Part shown: positions 31,474 through 42,956 of the stretch, piece after piece
Layout: each line of letters starts with the position of its first letter
Position numbering within the stretch: position 1 is the stretch's first letter
Source of the DNA: an uncultured delta proteobacterium
GTDB taxonomy: Bacteria > Myxococcota_A > Polyangia > Polyangiales > B10-G4
NCBI GenBank assembly: GCA_963727445.1
Contig: CAVSGI010000010.1
Coordinates: 384,001 to 448,000 of the forward strand
Direction of reading: 5' to 3'
DNA length: 64,000 nt
Made by a program: the position numbers and the translations under genes
The notes under the pieces: generated by a model
Told to the model about the DNA's origin: nothing
Databases searched by the model: none
The model's input: the letters and a program-made list of their open reading frames with translations, nothing else

Positions 31474-32899
31474 GGAGATCGTGACCGGGTCGGCGGCGAG
31501 CCTTGGGGCGCTGGATGACCGTTCCGGGCGCTCGAGCGATGGAAAGGTTGGTTGCGGTGCGCTCATGGGCTCCAAGCACGGCAGCTCCAAGCACAACAGA
31601 GACCGAATCGGACGCTGTCAGCGGTGTTCTCTCTGTCGCAGGTCCTCGGCGAATACACCGATGCGTGTCCGCGCCTCGCGCAGACACACATCGGTGCCCG
31701 ACGGGCGCCGCGATGATCGCTACGAAGGTGGGGGTCGGCGCTTGGGCCGAGGTGCGACGCGCACGCCGTGGTGCACGCGCATCCACCACGTGCCGTGAGG
31801 GAAAACGACGCGGCGGTCGCCCGCCGTCCAGCGCGCGAGCTTGGCGTCGTAGGTGGCCTCGAAGTCGCGCGCTTCCTCGATCGCGGCGAGAGCGGCGTTC
31901 AGGTCGCCCCCAGCCTTGAAACGCGGGTTGAGCTTTCCGAAGAGCTCCCAGCTCTTGGCCCTGGCGGTGCGCGGGACGCGCACACAGCGGCGAGCGCCCT
32001 TGAATGCGATGCCTTCCTGTGCCGCCTCGGCATGGGCGGCGCGCTCGTACTCCCGAACGCTCTCGGCGATGCGCGCCCGCGCGCCGCGCTCGCCATAGGC
32101 GGCGATGAGCTGCTCGGGCATCTCGAGGCGGAGCTCTGCGCTCTCGGGCCAGTCGGGGTTTTCGGGGTCGAAGTATCCGTCGGGGCGTGTGGCACTGATG
32201 ACGCGCCTCCCGATGTCGCCGGGGAGCGTCTTGGCCCCGGGCCAGTCCTTGGCGTAGCGGACGGCGAAGGCGGACACGGCATTGGCGATGAGGTAGGCGA
32301 TGTCGTCGACGAGCGCGTCCGCGGTCAACGGCTCGTGCTCGCCCTTGAGGTACTTGTTGAAGACCTCCTCGGGCCAGCCGAGCAGCGCCTTCATCCCCTG
32401 CGCAAACGTGCGATGAAAGTCGCGCTTGAAGTCGGGCTGCACGCCGCGCACGTCGGTGTAGACGATGTGGATGTGCGTCGACATCAGTATCGCGGCATGA
32501 ACGCGGACGCCGTGCTTCTTCGCGGCCGCCGCGAGGCAGTACCAGAAGAGATTTTCGACCTGGCGCTGCTCGTCTGGGCGGAACAGGAAGTAGCGGCGCG
32601 TCGTGCGCCGGACGGTCGTCCAGACCTTGCCCTTGATCACGCGCTTGCGGCGCGTACGCATGCGCCGGCTGCGCAGATGTCGGTCATAGGTATTTGTCGG
32701 CTTGCGGAGCGCGCCCATGCCGACCCGGCGCTGCCAGAAAGGCGCCAGAAATCGGCGACGTGATTTCGAGCACTTGCGCCGATAAAGCGGCGAACCCTCC
32801 GCCACCCGCCGGCGGTCCGCCACCTGCGGTTTTGTCGCGGTTTCTTACCCGTGCCGCCTTCGAAGCCGCCCGGTCTGCGCCGACCCGGTCACGATCTCC
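31474..32899. mobile_element. RAYT-type HUH transposase locus bounded by perfect 22-bp inverted repeats
   Basis: GGAGATCGTGACCGGGTCGGCG at 31474-31495 and its reverse complement at 32878-32899 enclose the transposase. Confidence 0.8.
31720..32661 (-). CDS. REP-associated tyrosine transposase-like (Y1 HUH) protein
   Basis: RRTTRRYFLFRP, HUH motif LMSTHIHIV, catalytic-Tyr region IAYLIANAV, DWPG, C-terminal VFPHGTWWM. Confidence 0.88.
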   Translation of the reverse strand: MRTRRKRVIKGKVWTTVRRTTRRYFLFRPDEQRQVENLFWYCLAAAAKKHGVRVHAAILMSTHIHIVYTDVRGVQPDFKRDFHRTFAQGMKALLGWPEEVFNKYLKGEHEPLTADALVDDIAYLIANAVSAFAVRYAKDWPGAKTLPGDIGRRVISATRPDGYFDPENPDWPESAELRLEMPEQLIAAYGERGARARIAESVREYERAAHAEAAQEGIAFKGARRCVRVPRTARAKSWELFGKLNPRFKAGGDLNAALAAIEEARDFEATYDAKLARWTAGDRRVVFPHGTWWMRVHHGVRVAPRPKRRPPPS

Positions 32900-32908
32900 C
32901 CGCGGTCC

Positions 32909-34738
32909 TCAGCCGTGTCCGTGCCCGTGGCCGTGATCGTGATCGTCGTGGGGATCGCCGAGGCCCTCACGGAGGGCCGACATCCAAGACGAGAGGCCCT
33001 CGCGCCAGATGCCGCGCAGCGATAGGAGCACCAGGACGGCGGTCGCGACCCAGGCGAAGTAGCTCTCCTCGTGCGCGCTCTCGGGCTCGAGCACCGGAAC
33101 GACCACCCAGCTCGACCCATTGAGGGCCATCGCCACGATCCAGATGGTGATCACCAGGCCAGCGATGCCCACGGCGGTGGCGCGCGTTCCGAAATGCGAT
33201 CGCAGGAAGCCGACGGTCGCGAGGTTCGTCGCAGGCCCGAGGAGCAGACCTGCGAGCACGGCGCCAGGGCTCATCCCCTTGAGCAGGAGCACGGCGGCGA
33301 GGGGCGTCGCGCTCGCGGCGCAGACGTAGCTGGGGACGGCGACGAGGCTGACGATCAGCACGTCGAGTCCGAAGACCGTGAGACCCGTGAGCGCGTCCGT
33401 GTCGAGAGTCGCCTCGACATAGGCCGCGGCGACGAGCCCGACCAGCGTCCAGGGCCCGACGTGCTCGAGGAGCTCCTCGAGCTGATGGAGCACGCGACGA
33501 TGCCACGAGCCGTGGCCCATGGCGGCGATCGGCGCGGTCGACGGGCGCGGGAGCGCGCGCTCGGGCGCATCGCGTCCCGCGATCCCGGCGACGATCAGCG
33601 CGGCGATGATCGCCACCACGACCGCGGCGACGAGCCGCACCACCGCCATCTCCCAGCCGAGGAAGCGGACGGTCAGGGCGAAGGTCTCCACGCCGAGCTC
33701 GGGTGTGGCGAGGAGAAAAGCGACCACCAGCGCCGCGCTGCCGCCGCGCATGCGCAGCGATTGGGCGACTGGCAGCACGCCGCAGGCGCATATGGGCAAC
33801 GGCGCGCCCACCACCGCGCCGCGGATCGCCTGACGCAGGTGCGAGCCGCGGGTGAGCCAGCGCATCGGGATGCGGCTGCCGAGGAGCTGCAGGGCGGCGC
33901 CGATCGCCAGGCCGATGAGCAGCGTGGGCGCGGTCTCGAGGGTGAGATCGACGAAGGCATGGCCTGCGCGCTCTGCCAGCGAAGTGCTCTCGTGGTGGTG
34001 ATGACCGCCGCTCGGCAAGAGCACCAGGCCCACGCCCAGGGCCAGGGCGAGGATCTCCACGAAGCCGTGGCGGTCGCGCGTCTCTCCAGGCGACCAATCG
34101 TGCGCCACCACGTGCAGGAGCAGCCCGCCGACGACGGCGCTGATGTAGGGATGCGCCGATTCGAGGATTTCCGTCGGCAGGATCTGGATCGCGAAGACGC
34201 CGACGCTCGTCGCGATCGCCAGTCCTGCGGCACGGTAGAGGCCGGCACGAACGCCTCGATTGTTGGCGTAAGCGAGCACCACCAGGGCGGTGACCGGAAC
34301 GGTGTGCGAGGCGATCGCCAGGACCACGTCGTAGTGGCTGTGCCCGGCGTGGGCGGCGCTGGTGAAGGTCGCGATGCTCGCGCCATCACCCACCTGGTGG
34401 AAAAGCAAGCCGGCGTACCCGACCTCCAGCCCGATCTGATGCCCACTGCCGCTCCCGTGCCCGTGCGCATGCCCGTGGCCATGTCCGTGGCCATGCGCCT
34501 CGCCCCCCATCAACCGTCCGAGCACCGACGGCAGCACCGCCGCACCCGCGGTGATCGCGAGCGCCCAGAGCCCGAGCTCGGTGAGGGCGTCGGGCAGAAG
34601 CTGGACGAGCACCACCACCACCGCCGAGACCAGCGCGAAGGTGCGGATGCCCCCCAGGAGCGGACCGGAGCGATGGTAGATCCCGAGCATCGCGCCGAGA
34701 GCGACCGAGCCGATCGCCACCGCGAGGCCGAGAGCCAT
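32909..34738 (-). CDS. Predicted metal permease: ZIP-like N-half fused to a DUF318/ArsP-type permease, His-rich
   Basis: FHQVGDG and ASHTVP (ZIP-like); PICACGVLP, ATPELG, YVCAASATP, GPATNL; HG repeats. Confidence 0.8.
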   Translation of the reverse strand: MALGLAVAIGSVALGAMLGIYHRSGPLLGGIRTFALVSAVVVVLVQLLPDALTELGLWALAITAGAAVLPSVLGRLMGGEAHGHGHGHGHAHGHGSGSGHQIGLEVGYAGLLFHQVGDGASIATFTSAAHAGHSHYDVVLAIASHTVPVTALVVLAYANNRGVRAGLYRAAGLAIATSVGVFAIQILPTEILESAHPYISAVVGGLLLHVVAHDWSPGETRDRHGFVEILALALGVGLVLLPSGGHHHHESTSLAERAGHAFVDLTLETAPTLLIGLAIGAALQLLGSRIPMRWLTRGSHLRQAIRGAVVGAPLPICACGVLPVAQSLRMRGGSAALVVAFLLATPELGVETFALTVRFLGWEMAVVRLVAAVVVAIIAALIVAGIAGRDAPERALPRPSTAPIAAMGHGSWHRRVLHQLEELLEHVGPWTLVGLVAAAYVEATLDTDALTGLTVFGLDVLIVSLVAVPSYVCAASATPLAAVLLLKGMSPGAVLAGLLLGPATNLATVGFLRSHFGTRATAVGIAGLVITIWIVAMALNGSSWVVVPVLEPESAHEESYFAWVATAVLVLLSLRGIWREGLSSWMSALREGLGDPHDDHDHGHGHGHG

Positions 34739-34842
34739 GGCTGGCGCTTTAGCACGCAGAAAGGGGGGAGGGCACTTGCCTGGTGGCGACTGGATCGGCC
34801 GCCTTAATCACCGAAATGACGCCGGAAACCCCGTCTCGGGGG

Positions 34843-34858
34843 TGGCATGGCGCTGGCA
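34843..34858 (+). promoter_or_regulatory. Sigma54 -24/-12 promoter
   Basis: TGGCAT-GGCGC-TGGCA, correct spacing, 12 bp before ATG 34871. Confidence 0.65.
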
Positions 34859-34870
34859 ATGCTCGGGGGC

Positions 34871-36019
34871 ATGAAGCGCGTCCTTTCGTTTCTCTCTCTT
34901 CTGCTCGCCCTCGCGGGCTGCGCCCCGACGTCCGGTCCCGTCGACGATCGGGGCGGTCTGGTCGGCGAAGGTGGGAAGGCGGACGGCCCCTCTGGGGTCG
35001 ACGTGATGGCCATGCTCGCGCCGGGCGTGGGTGAGGAGTCGCGCATGGAGGGCGCGCGCGACGACCTCGGCTACGTCTTCTACGCCGAGGCCGGCACCCA
35101 GCTCGAGGTCGAGGTGACCCAGCGCGGCACGAGCCGGGGTTTCGACAGCTTCCTCGCCGTCCGCGGACCGCGGCAGGCCGACGGGGACTATCCCGAGACC
35201 CTCGCCTCCGACGACGAGGCGGGTTACGGCGCGCTCTCACGCGTCGGTCTGGTCGCGCCCGAGACGGGCTTCTATCTGGCGCAGCTCTCGGTCGACGAGG
35301 AAGCACAGGCCGCCTTCGACGGCGCCAACTTTCGGCTGCTCCTCAGCTGTGACGTGGGTTGCGTCGCGCCGGGCCCGGTCGCCGAGATGGACGACGCGAC
35401 CCACTGGATGCGCAATTCGGCGGAGTTCGATGCGCTCTCGGTGCAGGCCTATCAGACGGCGATCGCGCGCCTCGAAGCGATGCAGGCGGCGGGTGAGCTA
35501 CCTGCGAGCTGGGCGGTCGCGTTCGACACCGACGAGACGCTCCTCTCCAACGCGCAGTTCGAGAAGGAGCGCGCGGAGCTCGGCGTCGGCTATTCGAGCA
35601 AGGCGTGGACGGCATGGGTGAATCGCCGCGCGGCGCCAGCGAACCCCGGCGCGGTGGCGCTCACCCGCCGCATCCACGAGCTCGGCGGCTACGTGGCGGT
35701 CGTGACCAATCGCAAGGTCACGGAGTGCGATGCGACCCGGGACAACCTCCAGAACGAGGGCATCGTGCCCGACGCCATCCTGTGTCGCACCGGCTCCTCC
35801 AACAAGGCCGCGCGCTGGGCGATGGTCGAAGAGGGCAGCGCCGGCTCCATCCCGGCGTCGACCCTGGTGATGTGGGTCGGCGACAACATCCAGGACTTCC
35901 CGGAGATGGATCAGGACAGCCGCTTCGACGGCGAGAGCGCCTTTTCGGACTTCGGGCGGCGCTTCATCGTGATCCCGAACGCGATGTACGGGAGCTGGGA
36001 GCGCAACGCGCGCGATTGA
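34871..36019 (+). CDS. e(P4)-family class C acid phosphatase / 5'-nucleotidase lipoprotein with PPC-like domain and GGKAD motif
   Basis: LAGC lipobox, GGKAD, FDTDETLLSN, VTNR, VGDNIQDF, IPNAMYGSW. Confidence 0.9.
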   Translation: MKRVLSFLSLLLALAGCAPTSGPVDDRGGLVGEGGKADGPSGVDVMAMLAPGVGEESRMEGARDDLGYVFYAEAGTQLEVEVTQRGTSRGFDSFLAVRGPRQADGDYPETLASDDEAGYGALSRVGLVAPETGFYLAQLSVDEEAQAAFDGANFRLLLSCDVGCVAPGPVAEMDDATHWMRNSAEFDALSVQAYQTAIARLEAMQAAGELPASWAVAFDTDETLLSNAQFEKERAELGVGYSSKAWTAWVNRRAAPANPGAVALTRRIHELGGYVAVVTNRKVTECDATRDNLQNEGIVPDAILCRTGSSNKAARWAMVEEGSAGSIPASTLVMWVGDNIQDFPEMDQDSRFDGESAFSDFGRRFIVIPNAMYGSWERNARD

Positions 36020-36022
36020 CGA

Positions 36023-37137
36023 TCACTCGCATCGCACGACGGTGGTGACGAGCGCGTCGTCCCGTGCGGCGGCGACGATGAAGGCTGCGGGACCGAGGCG
36101 GGCGACGTCGGCGACGGCTCCTGCGTCGGGAACGGCCAGCACTCCGCGCGCTACCGAATCTCCCGCGCCGTCGTCGACGTCGAGCAGGAGCCCTGCCTCG
36201 CCGAGACGCGCGCGGGCGCGGCGCCGCCCGACGAAGGGTGGCGGCAGAGGCTCTGCTGGGGCGAGCAAGAGCGGCTCGGATTCGCCCTCCTCGGGCAGGA
36301 CGACGAGCTTCGGTCGCGAGAACTCGAAGGAGGCGATCACCGACAGGCCGTCGGGTCCCGGCGCGAAGGACTCGATCGCCAGCGCCTCTTCGAGCCCTTC
36401 GATGGTGCGCGGCGGCGTCTCGTGCGCGAGGTTACGGGAGCGCACGAGAGCCACGTGGCTGTCGCCACCTTCGGCCGCACCCACGCGATAGAGCGCGGCC
36501 CAGCCAGCGCCGTCGGCCGTGAGTCCCAGCACCTCGGTTTGCGTCTCCGCCGGCGCGCCGAGGACGGTGCGCACGACCTCGCCGTCGAAGGGAAAGGCGA
36601 GCACCTCCGGCGGCGCGTCCTCGTGACCGAAGGCCAGGACCAGCGCCGACGCGAGCGTGGCCTGCTTACGCGTCCACGTCGTGGACAATGCGGCGCGCGC
36701 GCTACCGGTGTGTGCGCGCCCGTCGCCCGCGACGAAGCGCGCCACGAGGCAGGTCTGTGCTTCGCATCGGGCGGCGAAGAGCGCCACATAGCCCCCGTCC
36801 ACCGCGGCCAGCGCCGAGATGTCGCCCGTGGGCCCCTCGATCGTCATCGCTTCGCCCGAAGCGCGTCCGCTCTCATCGATGGGAATGGCCGATGTGCGCT
36901 CGCCGCTGCGAAGCAGGACGAGACCGCCCGCGTCGCCCATCGCGATGCCGACGCCGGAAGGCGTCGCGTCGAGGGAGCGGAGGACGATCGGCGCTTCGGC
37001 CTCGCATGGAGGCGGCGGCGCGGGGCTCGGCGATGCTTCGACGACCGACGTTGGCGGGGGCTCGGGGGCGGGCGCGCGGGGCGCGCCGTCGTCACCACAA
37101 GCCGCGAGGCACAAGGCGATCGCGGCCCAGGCCAGTC

Positions 37138-37141
<4 letters not shown>
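36023..37141 (-). CDS. Hypothetical lipoprotein
   Basis: LAAC lipobox, Pro linker; start overlaps the stop of the upstream MBL gene. Confidence 0.7.
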
Positions 37142-38007
<866 letters not shown>

Positions 38008-38120
38008 GGGGCGAGCAGCTTAGCGCTTCGACGCGCGGCTGCGGGCCTATAAGTAAGAGCTATGTAAAGGATAGAAAGGATTTGGTTTCGCCATAGTCTG
38101 GTCGTGGCCAGCCTGAGGGA

Positions 38121-38537
38121 ATGGCCCACCGACTCCTTCACACCCTCGTCGTTTCGAGCGCCCTTTCGCCCCTGGGGCTCGGGTGCGCATTCAGCCACCG
38201 CGAGCCCATCCTCGAGCGCGAGCCCGAGCCGCTCGACCTGCCCGGCGTCACGGACGAGGCGGCCACCGTCGTCGACGCGGGCCCGGAAGAGTCGGGCGCG
38301 AGCCCCGAGGACGTGGGCGTGAGCGCGGAAGACGCAGGAGCGCGCGCACCGGACGCGGAAGCGGCGGACGCTGGACCCGACCCCATGGACCTTCGCTTCT
38401 GCGAGCCGGGATGGCCCACCACCAAGGCCTCCTATTGCTACACCCTCGACGAGAGCGAGATGCCGCCGCGCGTCGTCTGCTGCAACTCCTGGGGAGGTGA
38501 GGATGGCGGACGGTCTTGCTGCTTGGGGGAGGAGTGA
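38121..38537 (+). CDS. Small lipoprotein with acidic linker and Cys-rich C-terminus
   Basis: GLGC lipobox; C-terminus CEPGWP...YCY...VCCNSWGG...SCCLGEE. Confidence 0.7.
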   Translation: MAHRLLHTLVVSSALSPLGLGCAFSHREPILEREPEPLDLPGVTDEAATVVDAGPEESGASPEDVGVSAEDAGARAPDAEAADAGPDPMDLRFCEPGWPTTKASYCYTLDESEMPPRVVCCNSWGGEDGGRSCCLGEE

Positions 38538-39361
38538 TGCGCGCGTCTGCGAGCGCATCGATGGCGTCGCCTCGGACCCGCGCGCGGCTTCGCGCCGACG
38601 GCCGATGGGGTGGGGCCGTCACCCAGCGCGCCGTTCCCGACGACGAGGCGCTCCGCGCGCTGAGCGTCGAGGTGCGCGGTCGTCTCGCCGCCAACTGGCT
38701 GGGGCAGGCCGCGACCGAAGCGCGGGTCGCCCATTCCTTTTCGGTCATTCACGAGAGCCTCTCGCGTCTCGGTGCGGGGCGAGAGCTCGTCGCCCTGGCA
38801 GCGCGCGCGGTCGACGACGAGCATCGCCACGCCGCGCTCGCCGAGGAGATGGCCGGGATCTACGCCGGCCGCGTCGTGGGACCACACGACCGGCTCCCCG
38901 CACGGCGCCCGGCCCACCTGGCAGCGTCGAGCCCCGCGCTGCGCGACGTCCTCTGGGTCGTGGGCCAGTGCGCGCTGAACGAGACCTTCGCCAGCGCGTA
39001 CCTGAGCGCCGCGCGCCGCGGAGCGAAGAGCACTCTATCGCGCTGGGCGCTTCGCGAGCTGCTCGAGGACGAGATCGATCACTCCCGGATCGGCTGGGCG
39101 TTTCTGCGTCATCTCCCGAGCGAGATGAAGCGGGAGCTCTCGGAGTGGCTGTTGCCGCTCACCGTCTGCAACCTGCGCGAGTGGCGGGCCCTGGTGCTTC
39201 CCGAGGACGACATCCTCGCGCCCCACGGCGTGCCCCCGATGGAAGTGGCGCGGGTGGCCATCGACGAGGCGCTGGTCGATCTGCTCCTTCCGGGCTTCGT
39301 TCACGTGGGGCTCGATACCCGCGCGCTCGAACGGTGGATCGCGAGGGGCAAGCCCCTCTGA
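38537..39361 (+). CDS. Ferritin-like (diiron carboxylate) domain protein
   Basis: Ligand pattern ATEAR, DDEHRH, LNETFA, EDEIDHSRIGW; ATG overlaps the upstream stop. Confidence 0.82.
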   Translation: MRASASASMASPRTRARLRADGRWGGAVTQRAVPDDEALRALSVEVRGRLAANWLGQAATEARVAHSFSVIHESLSRLGAGRELVALAARAVDDEHRHAALAEEMAGIYAGRVVGPHDRLPARRPAHLAASSPALRDVLWVVGQCALNETFASAYLSAARRGAKSTLSRWALRELLEDEIDHSRIGWAFLRHLPSEMKRELSEWLLPLTVCNLREWRALVLPEDDILAPHGVPPMEVARVAIDEALVDLLLPGFVHVGLDTRALERWIARGKPL

Positions 39362-39368
39362 GGGTCGC

Positions 39369-41729
<2,361 letters not shown>

Positions 41730-41788
41730 GATCCCCGAAGCAGTTGTAGCCACGCCCCCAGAACGTCAAGTGATTTCGGACACTCGCG

Positions 41789-42901
41789 CTACATGCAGTC
41801 GAGGCTCAGGACCTCGAGTTGGTTGCCGTTCGAGACGAGGAGGTGCTCGCCGTCGCGCAGTGAGTAGAAGGGGTCGCCGCTGCTTGCCAGGGTGCCGATG
41901 ATACGGGGTGCGGAAGCGGGGGAGAGGTCGACGACCTGGATGCCACCTGCGCCGACGAAGGCGAGGCTGCCCGAGAGGCTGATGCCCAGACCGCCGCCGC
42001 CGGGATCCGAAGGCGGGGGCAGGGTGCCGACGGTGCGACCTTCCGTGAGCTCGATGCTCTGCACCAGCGGATCTGTCCCGACGACGTGCACGAGCGTGCC
42101 GTCGATGGCGCCCCGGCGCCGGAGCACCGTGTCTCCTGCGAGGGGCAGGCTGGTCACGATCGCGGGTGCGCTGGGGGTCGAGATGTCGACGCGGATCACG
42201 AGATCGGGACCCGTTTCCCCGAAGCGTCGCGACGAAAGGACGACGAGCCCATCGGTGCGAAAGGGAAGCACGCTGCCGGGCTTGCCCTCGAGGTCGAGTG
42301 AGGCGAAGCGGCTGGGCGCCGAGGGGTCGGAGATGTCGTACGCGTCGAGCGATGCCGTCGATCCCTCTGCGAAGGGCTCGAAGCCGACCCACAGCGTCGT
42401 GCCGCGGACGACGAGATCCGTGACCGCCCCTTCGAGATCGACGCCGCCGATGGGGCGCGGGTCGGTGGGGGTCGACACGTCGAAGACGTCGATGCCCCAG
42501 CTGCCGACGTAGAGGATGTCGTCGTCGAGGGTGACTGCGCCCTCCGAACCGATATGCGACTGCGTGACGCTTCCGAGCAACACCGGTGCGCCTCCGCTCA
42601 CGTCGATCACGTCGAGGCTCGCGCCGCTCCGGTAGGCGAGGCCGTCGGGATGACGCGCGAAGGGGCCCTGACAGAAGCAGCCCTCGCCCACGCCACCCAG
42701 GCTCTCGCCGGTGCAGGCGCTGGGGGTGGCGGCGTCGACGATCGCGTCAAGTCCAGCCGAGCCGTCCGGGATCGTCGACACGTCGGGAGGGGCGGACCCA
42801 TCGGGCGCGGCGTCGGGGACCGCGCCGCCATCGAAGCCGTCGTGGCTGGTGCCACAGGCGGCGAGGACGAAGATGGCGAGCGTGACAAAGCGCGTGGGCA
42901 T
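41789..42901 (-). CDS. LVIVD-repeat (beta-propeller) lipoprotein
   Basis: LAAC lipobox; repeated (L/I)xVxDVSxPxxP units. Confidence 0.78.
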   Translation of the reverse strand: MPTRFVTLAIFVLAACGTSHDGFDGGAVPDAAPDGSAPPDVSTIPDGSAGLDAIVDAATPSACTGESLGGVGEGCFCQGPFARHPDGLAYRSGASLDVIDVSGGAPVLLGSVTQSHIGSEGAVTLDDDILYVGSWGIDVFDVSTPTDPRPIGGVDLEGAVTDLVVRGTTLWVGFEPFAEGSTASLDAYDISDPSAPSRFASLDLEGKPGSVLPFRTDGLVVLSSRRFGETGPDLVIRVDISTPSAPAIVTSLPLAGDTVLRRRGAIDGTLVHVVGTDPLVQSIELTEGRTVGTLPPPSDPGGGGLGISLSGSLAFVGAGGIQVVDLSPASAPRIIGTLASSGDPFYSLRDGEHLLVSNGNQLEVLSLDCM

Positions 42902-42956
42902 GGGGCAAGGATGGTTCGCTCAGCCATGCAGACAACGAGGGAGCTCTCTATGAGAG

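Noticed and set aside
31720..32661. IS200/IS605 element with TnpB or an omegaRNA
   Set aside because: No tnpB/iscB ORF; protein length and motifs fit the RAYT-like class
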